DNA from: Alphaproteobacteria bacterium
GTDB lineage: Bacteria; Pseudomonadota; Alphaproteobacteria; GCA-2731375
Reading direction: 5' to 3'
Assembly (NCBI GenBank): GCA_965232515.1
Contig: CBDDPY010000002.1
Location: forward strand, 5,152,001-5,216,000
DNA: 64,000 nt
Part shown: piece by piece, positions 1-7,807 of the stretch
Numbering within the stretch: position 1 is the first letter of the stretch
Layout of the letters: each line of letters starts with the position of its first letter
Translations under genes and position numbers: made by a program
Notes under the pieces: model-generated
Told to the model about the DNA's origin: nothing
Seen by the model: the letters and a program-made list of their open reading frames with translations, nothing else
Database searches by the model: none

Positions 1-617
1 TAGCGCACGCCGTCGAGCGAGAACTCCTCGCGTTCGGCCAGCGCCGGCGATTCGCGGATCTCGCCGTCGACAATGGCCTCGCAGGGCTCGAGATACTCGT
101 TGATGACCCCGTCGGTGCTCCAGGTCAGGTTGTAGTTCAGGCCGTTCGAGGGGAACTCCGGCAGGGCGCCGACGCGCATGCGTACCTCGTCCAGCGTATC
201 GAAACGCTGCGCCATGTCGTGCGCGGCGATGGAGATGAATCCGGGCGCCAGGCCGCATTGCGGAATGAACGCGCTCTTGGCGGTCGCCGCGAGCTGCTTC
301 ACCTGACGCGTACTGGCGACGTCCTCGGTCAGGTCGAGATAATGCACATCGGTCCGTGCCGCGGCGTTGGCGATCGGCAGTGTCAGATGGAAGGGCGCGG
401 CGCTCAGCACCGCGAACTTGTCGGCCAGCAGGGCATCCAGCGCGGCCTTGTCCGAGATGTCGATAGGGGAGGTCAGCAGCGCGTTGCCGGCCTCGATATC
501 GGCCAGCTGTGCGGTGTCTCGGTCGGCGACAGTGACATGGAAATCGCCGGTCGCGCTCAGCAATTCAGCGATTGTCTTGCCGATTTTCCCGGCGCCGATA
601 ACGGCTACGGCCCGCAT
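1..617 (-). CDS. Saccharopine dehydrogenase family protein / L-lysine 6-dehydrogenase-like (3' end runs off the window)
   Basis: Not in the ORF track; translated by hand from the ATG at 617 with a GAGGAG RBS. Reads MRAVAVIGAGKIG...HYLDLTEDV...PQCGLAPGFI...RVGALP...YNLTWSTDGVINEY, all typical family motifs. Confidence 0.88.
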   Translation of the reverse strand, partial: MRAVAVIGAGKIGKTIAELLSATGDFHVTVADRDTAQLADIEAGNALLTSPIDISDKAALDALLADKFAVLSAAPFHLTLPIANAAARTDVHYLDLTEDVASTRQVKQLAATAKSAFIPQCGLAPGFISIAAHDMAQRFDTLDEVRMRVGALPEFPSNGLNYNLTWSTDGVINEYLEPCEAIVDGEIRESPALAEREEFSLDGVR

Positions 618-731
618 CGCAATCTCCTCAAGCTGTGCCACCAATGTGGCTGAGGGCGGCCTCGGAAACCAGTTGCAGACTTGCACTTTATCAGGCATTG
701 CTTAACAAATTGCCTATATTGACTTTGCATT

Positions 732-1163
732 ATGCAACTTACCGAGATCGACCGGCTGCTGATCCGCCATTTGCGGGAAAACGCGCGGATATCGACAACC
801 GACCTTGCGCGCCGCGCCGACGTCTCGCGCACCACGGTGCAGAACCGGATCGAGCGGCTGGAGCGCGAGGGCGTGATCGCCGGCTACACGCTGAAATATG
901 GACCCGCCTACGAGCGCGCGCTGGTCCGCGCCCACATCATGATCACCGCCTCGCCCAAGGCCTCGCAGGCCATCGAGGCCGAACTGCGCGGCATGGACGA
1001 GGTCCGGGCCCTGCATTCGGTGAGCGGCGAATACGACATGATCGCCGACGTCGCCGCCGGGTCGGTCGCCGAGATCGACGCGGCCATCGACCGCATCGGC
1101 CTGATCGACGGCGTCGAACGCACGATGTCGTCGGTGCTGCTCTCCACCAAGATCGACCGCTAG
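732..1163 (+). CDS. Lrp/AsnC family transcriptional regulator
   Basis: N-terminal HTH (DRLLIRHLRENARIS...VSRTTVQNRIERLE) plus RAM domain (SVSGEYD). Divergent from an amino-acid dehydrogenase. Confidence 0.95.
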   Translation: MQLTEIDRLLIRHLRENARISTTDLARRADVSRTTVQNRIERLEREGVIAGYTLKYGPAYERALVRAHIMITASPKASQAIEAELRGMDEVRALHSVSGEYDMIADVAAGSVAEIDAAIDRIGLIDGVERTMSSVLLSTKIDR

Positions 1164-1246
1164 CTATTTGACCTGGCCGTACCGGCGCTTACCATAGCGG
1201 TTGAGGATCCCCTTACAGCGCAAGCCGCGACCGGCGGAGAGCAGGC

Positions 1247-3001
1247 ATGCCATCAAGTTCCGCGTCTCAGGAAAAAAACGAACGACCGTTGGACATCGAC
1301 GTGGCGTTCGACGCCGTCGTCGTCGGCGCGGGCTTCGCCGGCATGTACATGCTGCATTGCCTGCGCGGGCTCGGCCTGTCGGCGCGGGTCTATGAGGCCG
1401 CCGGCGGCGTCGGCGGCACCTGGTACTGGAACCGCTATCCCGGCGCGCGCTGCGATGTCGAGAGCATGCAGTATTCCTATTCGTTCTCCGAAGAACTGGA
1501 CCAGGAATGGTCCTGGTCGGAGCGGTATTCGCCGCAGCCGGAGATCCTGGACTACGCCAACCACGTCGCCGACCGCTTCGACCTGCGCCGCGACATCCGC
1601 TTCGATACACGCGTGACGGCGGCAACCTTCGACGAGGCGGAAAAGTGCTGGACCGTTGAGACCGACCGCGGCGATAGGGTGACGGCGCGGTTCTGCATCA
1701 TGGCCGTCGGCTGCCTGTCGGCCGCCAACCTGCCGCCGTTCGAGGGCATGGATGAATTCCGGGGTCCGATCTATCACACCGGCCACTGGCCGCATGACGG
1801 CGTCGACTTCACGGGCCTCAGGGTCGGGGTCATCGGCACCGGGTCGTCGGCGATCCAGTCCATCCCGATCATCGCCGAACAGGCGGCGTCGCTCACCGTC
1901 TTCCAGCGCACACCGAACTATTCGGTGCCGGCCTGGAACGACAAGCTGGACCCCGAGTACGAACGCGCCATCAAATCGGACTATCCGGCCTTCCGGGCGA
2001 AGGCGCGGGCCCGGCCGACCGGGTTCTATTTCGAGTTCAATACGGCGCCGGCGCTGGAGGCGACGCCGGAAGAGCGCGAACGGCAGTACGAAGAGTTCTG
2101 GGCCCGCGGCGGCCTGCCGTTCCTGGGCGCCTACGGGGACCTGTTGTTCGAGAAGGACGCCAACGACACCATCGCCGAGTTCGCGCGCAACAAGATCCGC
2201 GGAATCGTCAAGGACCCGGCGACGGCCGAGCTGCTGTGCCCGGACAACGTCTTCGGCTGTAAACGCCTCTGCGTCGACACCGGATATTTCGCAACCTACA
2301 ACCTGCCGCACGTGCAGCTGGTCGACGTCTCGAAAAAGCCAATCGAGCGGTTCACCGAAAAGGGCGTCGTGACGGACGGCGTCGAGTACGAATTCGACGC
2401 CGTCGTCTGCGCCACCGGCTTCGCGGCCATGACCGGCTCGTTCGACAGGATCGCGATCACCGGCCGCGACGGCCTGACGCTGAAGGAGAAGTGGCGTGCC
2501 GGTCCCCGCACCTATCTGGGACTGACCTCGGCCGGCTTCCCAAACCTGTTCATGATCACCGGGCCCGGCAGCCCGTCGGTGCTCGCCAGCATGATCCAGG
2601 CCATCGAGCAGCATGTCGACTGGATTGCCGACTGCCTGGGCCACCTGCGCGACACCGGCGCCGACATCATCGAGCCGACGATCCCTTACGAGGACGACTG
2701 GGTCGAACACGTGAACGAGGTGGCCCAGGTCTCGCTGCGCTCGACCTGCAGCTCCTGGTACGTCGGCGCCAACATCCCCGGTCGGCCGCGCGTGTTCATG
2801 CCCTATATCGGTGGCTTCCCGATTTATGTCAGCAAGTGCAACGACGTCCTGTCGAACGGTTTCGAAGGCTTCGCCATCGATGGTGCGGCCGACGCCGACG
2901 CAAGCCCACGCATCCGCTTCACCGAACGCTGGCGCGCCGAGCTGGACCTGGACGTGATCTCGCCCGCCGCCGTCGCCGCCAAGCGCGTGCCGGTGGTCTG
3001 A
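1247..3001 (+). CDS. Type I Baeyer-Villiger monooxygenase (cyclohexanone/phenylacetone monooxygenase family)
   Basis: GAGFAG and GTGSSA Rossmann motifs, GGTWYWNRYPGARCD, and the fingerprint FRGPIYHTGHWP (FxGxxxHxxxWP). Confidence 0.95.
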   Translation: MPSSSASQEKNERPLDIDVAFDAVVVGAGFAGMYMLHCLRGLGLSARVYEAAGGVGGTWYWNRYPGARCDVESMQYSYSFSEELDQEWSWSERYSPQPEILDYANHVADRFDLRRDIRFDTRVTAATFDEAEKCWTVETDRGDRVTARFCIMAVGCLSAANLPPFEGMDEFRGPIYHTGHWPHDGVDFTGLRVGVIGTGSSAIQSIPIIAEQAASLTVFQRTPNYSVPAWNDKLDPEYERAIKSDYPAFRAKARARPTGFYFEFNTAPALEATPEERERQYEEFWARGGLPFLGAYGDLLFEKDANDTIAEFARNKIRGIVKDPATAELLCPDNVFGCKRLCVDTGYFATYNLPHVQLVDVSKKPIERFTEKGVVTDGVEYEFDAVVCATGFAAMTGSFDRIAITGRDGLTLKEKWRAGPRTYLGLTSAGFPNLFMITGPGSPSVLASMIQAIEQHVDWIADCLGHLRDTGADIIEPTIPYEDDWVEHVNEVAQVSLRSTCSSWYVGANIPGRPRVFMPYIGGFPIYVSKCNDVLSNGFEGFAIDGAADADASPRIRFTERWRAELDLDVISPAAVAAKRVPVV

Positions 3002-3008
3002 GGCTCGG

Positions 3009-4076
3009 TCAGGCGTCCATCGCCAGCAGTTCGTTCAGGTGTCTGTCGAGTTGCGCCAGGGCCTCGGGATCGGCGCCGAACAGCGCGAGGTGGCCGTCGA
3101 TGGTTTCGATCGGCCGGAACTCGGCGTCGGGGATCAGCCGCCACTCGGCTTCGCAATCGGCCGGCGGGAAAAACATGTCCGTCGACATCGGCATCACGAA
3201 CGTCTTCGCCTTGATCCGCCCCAGCGCCGCGCGCAGGTCGCCGCCGGCATGACGGCTGACGTCGCCGCGCTGCCATTTCCAGGCCATGCACAACAGGTCA
3301 TTCGGATCCATCACCGAGAAGTAGCCGTTCATGAAATTGACGATGAAGTCGTCCATGGACGAGAAGCCGAGCGCCTTGTGACGCTCCTGCTGGAAGAATT
3401 CGGTGCTCCAGCCCATCACCGCCCACATCTTGGCGTGGCGCAGCAGGCCTTCGCGCACATCGGCCGATGACGCATAGAAGCCCTTGTTGAAGCCGGGGTC
3501 CGAGGTGATGGCGTCGACCAGCGTCTCGGTGAACAGGGAATCGTGGATCGTGTTCCTGGCCGTTCCGGCGATGGGCGCCGTGCGTTTGACCATCTCGGGG
3601 TAGCGCACGGCCCATTCGTAGGTCTGTTGCGCGCCCATGGAGCCGCCGACGACCAGCGCCAGGCTCTCCAAACCGAATTTCTCCGTCACCAGCCGGTGTT
3701 GCGCCCGCACGTCGTCGCCGATGCGCACCTTCGGAAAGTTTGCCATGCCGCCCGGCGGCGGCGTGTTGTGCGGCGACGTCGACAGGCCGTTGCCGATCTG
3801 ATTGACCAGAATGATGAAGTACTTCGCCGGATCGAGCGCCCGGCCCTCGCCGGTATAGACATCCTCCAAAATCTTGCTGGTGCCCGAGTACCAGGTCGGA
3901 AACAGGATGGCGTTGTCCTTGGCCGCGTTCAGCTCCCCGAACGTCGCGTAGGCGAGATTGCAGTCGCGGATGGTGCCGCCTTCCTCCAGCTCCAGATTGC
4001 CGATGTTGTGCAGCTCGTAAGGGCCATGCAGGTCCTGCGAGTAGTAGTCGTTGGCGATCATCTTGATGTCTCCCAT
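3009..4076 (-). CDS. MekB-like esterase (homoserine O-acetyltransferase-like alpha/beta hydrolase)
   Basis: PTWYSGT, GGSMGA nucleophile elbow and IDGH catalytic His. From recall it closely resembles Pseudomonas veronii MekB (HGPYEL...LEEG...WKWQRGDVSRH). Confidence 0.85.
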   Translation of the reverse strand: MGDIKMIANDYYSQDLHGPYELHNIGNLELEEGGTIRDCNLAYATFGELNAAKDNAILFPTWYSGTSKILEDVYTGEGRALDPAKYFIILVNQIGNGLSTSPHNTPPPGGMANFPKVRIGDDVRAQHRLVTEKFGLESLALVVGGSMGAQQTYEWAVRYPEMVKRTAPIAGTARNTIHDSLFTETLVDAITSDPGFNKGFYASSADVREGLLRHAKMWAVMGWSTEFFQQERHKALGFSSMDDFIVNFMNGYFSVMDPNDLLCMAWKWQRGDVSRHAGGDLRAALGRIKAKTFVMPMSTDMFFPPADCEAEWRLIPDAEFRPIETIDGHLALFGADPEALAQLDRHLNELLAMDA

Positions 4077-4160
4077 GTGCGCGGGCGTCGGCCGAGAGCG
4101 CCGAGCCTCGGCCGGTCCGGTCGCGCTGATGTTTTTGTCGGCACGGGTCGTTGCGCGGCG

Positions 4161-5777
4161 CTAGGCGAGCGCGAACCCTTCGTAACCCTTGGCCGCGATC
4201 TCGTCGCACCGCTTGCGATAGCCGCCGACGCCCTCCGGATCCAGATAGGGCAGGAAGGCGCGCGGCTTGCCGTCGATGTTCGAGCTCATGTACCAGGAGT
4301 CGGACTTGGGTATCAGCGTCATGTTGATGACCTCGTTGACGTGCGCCACCCATTCCTTCTGCGCCTTGGGCGTTGCTTCGATGGTGGCCTTGCCGGTCTT
4401 TTCCATGTGCGCGATGCAGTCCGTCACCCACTCGACATGCTGCTCGATCGCCACCGGCATGTTGGTCAGCACCGACGGGCTCTGCGGCCCGGTGATGGTG
4501 AACAGGTTGGGGAACTTGGCGACCGAGATGCCGAGATAGCTGTGCGGGCCGTCCGCCCATTCCTGTTCCAGCGTGGCGCCGCCGCGGCCCGTCAGGTGGA
4601 GCGCCTTTAATGGACCGGTCATGGCGTCGAAACCGGTGGCGAGCACGATGATATCGAATTCGTACTCCCGGCCGCCGGCGCGGATGCCGTTCTCGGTGAT
4701 CTCCTCGATTCCACCGTCGGTGGCGGCATCGACTAGCAGGACGTTGGTCTTGTTGAAGGTCTCGTAATAGTTGGTGTCGAGCGGCTGACGCTTGCAGCCG
4801 TAATAGTGACCCTTCGGCATCAGCCGTTCGGCCACGTCGGGGTCCTTCACCGTCGCGCGGATCTTGCGCTTGATATAATCGGCGCAGAGCGCGTTCGCTT
4901 CCTCGCTGAAGAACATGTCCTGGTAATTGCCGAGCCAGAAGGCGAAGCCGCCGGCGTCCCACATCCTGTCGAACTCGGCTTCGCGCTGCTCGGGCGTGTC
5001 CTCCAGCGCCGATCGCGGAATGAAGTAGTGCTCCTGGCCGAAGAAGGACTCCCGGATGCGTTCGACGATGCCGTCATAGTCGTCCTTGCGGGACTTGACC
5101 AAGTCCGGGTCGACCTTGCCGTTGCGCGCCGGCACGCAATAGTTGGCCGTGCGCTGGAACACGGTCATGTGCTTCGCCTGCTGGGCGATTTCGGGGATCG
5201 CCTGTACTGCCGTGGCGCCGGTGCCGATCACGGCGACGCGCTTTGCCGTAAAGTCGACGCCTTCCTTCGGGAACTTGCTGGTGTGGTACCACGTGCCCTT
5301 GAAGTCCTTCAGGCCGCGAAACTCCGGAACGTTCGTGTCCGACAGGCTGCCGACCGCGGCGACGAGATAACGCGCCGTCACCGGTTCGCCTTTGTCCGTC
5401 TGCACCGTCCATAGGTTCGTCTCTTCGTCGAACGCGCCGCCCGTCACGCGCGTGTCGAACTGGATGTCGCGCTTCAGGTCGTGCCGCTGGGCGACGTGCT
5501 CGAGATACTTCAGGATCTCGGGCTGCTGGGGATAGCGCTCCGACCACTCCCACTCGCGCAGCAGCTGTTTGTCGAAGGTATAGCAGTAGATGTAGGAATC
5601 CGAGTCGCAGCGGGCGCCGGGGTAACGGTTCCAATACCAGGTGCCGCCGACGGTATCGCCGGCCTCGAAAACACGTACCTTCAGTCCCAGTTTGTCGCGA
5701 AGCGTCTTCAGCATGTACATGCCGGAGAACCCGGCGCCGATGACGACCGTATCGAAGTCTGGAGTAACGCTTGCCAT
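4161..5777 (-). CDS. Type I Baeyer-Villiger monooxygenase
   Basis: GAGFSG, GGTWYWNRYPGARCD and GTGATA motifs; fingerprint variant FKGTWYHTSKFP; GGGAGGA RBS. Confidence 0.95.
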   Translation of the reverse strand: MASVTPDFDTVVIGAGFSGMYMLKTLRDKLGLKVRVFEAGDTVGGTWYWNRYPGARCDSDSYIYCYTFDKQLLREWEWSERYPQQPEILKYLEHVAQRHDLKRDIQFDTRVTGGAFDEETNLWTVQTDKGEPVTARYLVAAVGSLSDTNVPEFRGLKDFKGTWYHTSKFPKEGVDFTAKRVAVIGTGATAVQAIPEIAQQAKHMTVFQRTANYCVPARNGKVDPDLVKSRKDDYDGIVERIRESFFGQEHYFIPRSALEDTPEQREAEFDRMWDAGGFAFWLGNYQDMFFSEEANALCADYIKRKIRATVKDPDVAERLMPKGHYYGCKRQPLDTNYYETFNKTNVLLVDAATDGGIEEITENGIRAGGREYEFDIIVLATGFDAMTGPLKALHLTGRGGATLEQEWADGPHSYLGISVAKFPNLFTITGPQSPSVLTNMPVAIEQHVEWVTDCIAHMEKTGKATIEATPKAQKEWVAHVNEVINMTLIPKSDSWYMSSNIDGKPRAFLPYLDPEGVGGYRKRCDEIAAKGYEGFALA

Positions 5778-6100
5778 CTGTTCCTCCCACGGATGTTGGG
5801 CAACAGCTGTTTTCGTTCTCCGCTCGCCTTGTTTTGGGGTGGACTGGTTAAGGTACGAAATCTACGCGCACGCCCCACGTCGTCTGCGAGCCAGAAATCG
5901 ACCGAACCTTATGGTTAACGAGTATGACGGCGGCGCCGGGCGAACACAATCGACGGCGGCTGTCGGACCGTGACGAATTGGAGGATTGCGCAATACTGCG
6001 CCCGCGCATGCGCCAGTCCGAGCGTTCGCGCATCGAACTGACCTGGACATCACCTCACCCGCGCCCATGCCACTGAAGCGGGGCTAGATCCTGGGGAGAG

Positions 6101-6135
6101 ATGACTTTGATAGCCAAAACAGCTATATTAGCTGT
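6101..6135 (+). promoter_or_regulatory. Putative promoter and autoregulatory operator of the Phd-PIN TA operon (probably leaderless)
   Basis: ATGACT(6101)-N17-TATATT(6124). A perfect inverted repeat ACAGCTA-TAT-TAGCTGT (6119-6135) abuts the ATG at 6136, with no RBS. Confidence 0.6.
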
Positions 6136-6387
6136 ATGAAGTCCGTTTCTGCGATCGATGCCAAAAACCGCTTTGGGCAGCTTTTGGACGCGGCCCAACG
6201 GGAACCTGTGACCGTCACCAAGAAGGGGCGCCCGGCTGCCGTCGTATTGTCGGTGGAGGACTACGAACGTATTCGAGGCGCAGCACGACGCCGGTTGCTG
6301 GCGACGATCGACAAAGCCCAAGAAGAGGCCGCCGCCAAAGGCTTGACCGAAGAGGAGCTTGAACAGCTCTTGGCGGATGAGAGCTGA
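6136..6387 (+). CDS. Phd/YefM family antitoxin
   Basis: MKSVSAIDAKNRFGQLLDAAQREPVTVTKKGRPAAVVLS is a Phd signature; acidic C-terminal tail. Confidence 0.93.
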   Translation: MKSVSAIDAKNRFGQLLDAAQREPVTVTKKGRPAAVVLSVEDYERIRGAARRRLLATIDKAQEEAAAKGLTEEELEQLLADES

Positions 6388-6790
6388 GCGCGTTGTCCTC
6401 GATACGAATGTTCTGATCAGCGCGGCTCTGACAGGCGGCAAGCCATTCCAGGTTCTCCAAAGAGTGCTTGAGCATGGCGTACTGATCTTTTCCGATGCCA
6501 CGTTCGAAGAGTTCGCTGTTCGGATCGGAAGGCAGAAGTTCGACCGATATGTCAGCCGGCAACGGCGAAGCGAGCTTTTGGCGGATCTCCAAGCAGTGGC
6601 CGAGTGGACAACGATTACCGGCGCGCTTCAGGCATGCCGGGATCCCGAAGACGACAAGTTTCTCGAAACAGCGCTTGCAGCAAGGGCCGACTGCGTCGTG
6701 ACCGGCGACACCGATCTGTTGGTGCTCGACCCTTTCGAAGACATCCGCATCGTCACCGCGGCTGGCTATCTGGAAGCGGTCTCGAAATGA
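6377..6790 (+). CDS. PIN-domain putative toxin (PIN_3 / TIGR00305 type)
   Basis: RVVLDTNVLISA...CRDPEDDKFLE...VTGDTDLL; the start overlaps the antitoxin 3' end. Confidence 0.92.
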   Translation: MRAERVVLDTNVLISAALTGGKPFQVLQRVLEHGVLIFSDATFEEFAVRIGRQKFDRYVSRQRRSELLADLQAVAEWTTITGALQACRDPEDDKFLETALAARADCVVTGDTDLLVLDPFEDIRIVTAAGYLEAVSK

Positions 6791-6873
6791 AAACACCGCA
6801 TCGGGATTACCTGCACTGCGTCTTGTAGGCCGTAGGGGGCATTGCTAACGTCGCGGAAACGGGAGGTGTCGAT

Positions 6874-7650
6874 ATGGATTTGGGGCTTCGCGACAAGCGC
6901 GCGTTGGTGACGGGCGCCAGCAAGGGCATCGGGCGGGCCGTGGCGGACGCGCTCGCCGCCGAGGGCTGCCATCTGGCGCTGGTGGCGCGGAACGCGGACG
7001 TGTTGCAGGCGGCGGCCGACGAGATCCGGGCGAAGGCAAACGTCAATGTCGAGACCTGCTCGGCCGATCTGTCCACATCGGACGGTCAGCAGACGGTGGT
7101 GGCGGGGTTCCCGGACGTCGATCTGGTGATCAACAACGCCGGCTCGAACCCGGCCGGCGAGATCGATCAGATCGACGAGGAAACCTGGCGCGACTCCTGG
7201 GATCTGAAGGTCTTCGGCTACATCAACCTTTGCCGGGCCTATTTCGCGAACATGAAATCGCGCGGTGACGGCGTGATCGTGAACATCATCGGCGCCGCCG
7301 GCGAACGAATGAACGCGAGCTACATTCTCGGCAGCAGCGGCAATGTCGCGCTCATGGGCCTGACCAAGGCGCTCGGCGCCCGCGCGCCTGATGTCGGCGT
7401 GCGTGTCGTCGGCGTTAATCCCGGCCTGACCGCGACCGAGCGGGCGCAGCAGATGCTCAGGACCTGGAGCGAGCAGAAGTTCGGCTCATCGGAGCGGACG
7501 GACGAGGTCCTGGCAGAAATGAACCTGCCGTTCGGCCGCATGGGCGAGCCCACCGAGGTCGCGGACCTCGTCACCTTCCTGGCCTCGCCCCGCGCCGCCT
7601 ATATCAGCGGCACCATCGTCACCATCGACGGCGGCGCGGTTAATCGCTAG
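6874..7650 (+). CDS. Short-chain dehydrogenase/reductase (atypical active site)
   Basis: TGASKGIG, NNAG and C-terminal PFGRMGEP...IDGG; GGGAGG RBS. Confidence 0.92.
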   Translation: MDLGLRDKRALVTGASKGIGRAVADALAAEGCHLALVARNADVLQAAADEIRAKANVNVETCSADLSTSDGQQTVVAGFPDVDLVINNAGSNPAGEIDQIDEETWRDSWDLKVFGYINLCRAYFANMKSRGDGVIVNIIGAAGERMNASYILGSSGNVALMGLTKALGARAPDVGVRVVGVNPGLTATERAQQMLRTWSEQKFGSSERTDEVLAEMNLPFGRMGEPTEVADLVTFLASPRAAYISGTIVTIDGGAVNR

Positions 7651-7686
7651 AGCAAGTATTTACTACGCCGGACCTCAAGTTTGTTG

Positions 7687-7771
7687 GTCACCCCGGCGAA
7701 GGCCGGGGTCCATGCAGGCGCGCCGCAGCATGCCCCATGTCAGTATGGACCCCGGCCTTCGCCGGGGTGAC
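7687..7771. repeat. Alphaproteobacterial REP-like palindromic element (copy 1)
   Basis: GTCACCCCGGCGAAGGCCGGGGTCCAT ... ATGGACCCCGGCCTTCGCCGGGGTGAC: perfect terminal inverted repeats, each arm itself a hairpin. Lies between convergent genes. Confidence 0.85.
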
Positions 7772-7807
7772 GATTGGGACAGTGGCCGGACTTGAACGCG
7801 TCGCGCT

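Noticed and set aside
3009-4076. Annotation as metX (homoserine O-acetyltransferase)
   Set aside because: It lacks the HALTG motif of MetX (has TWYSG) and sits with BVMOs, which matches MekB-type esterases.
7687-7771. Palindromic repeats as a CRISPR array or IS ends
   Set aside because: Only isolated inverted pairs; no repeat-spacer periodicity and no cas or transposase genes.
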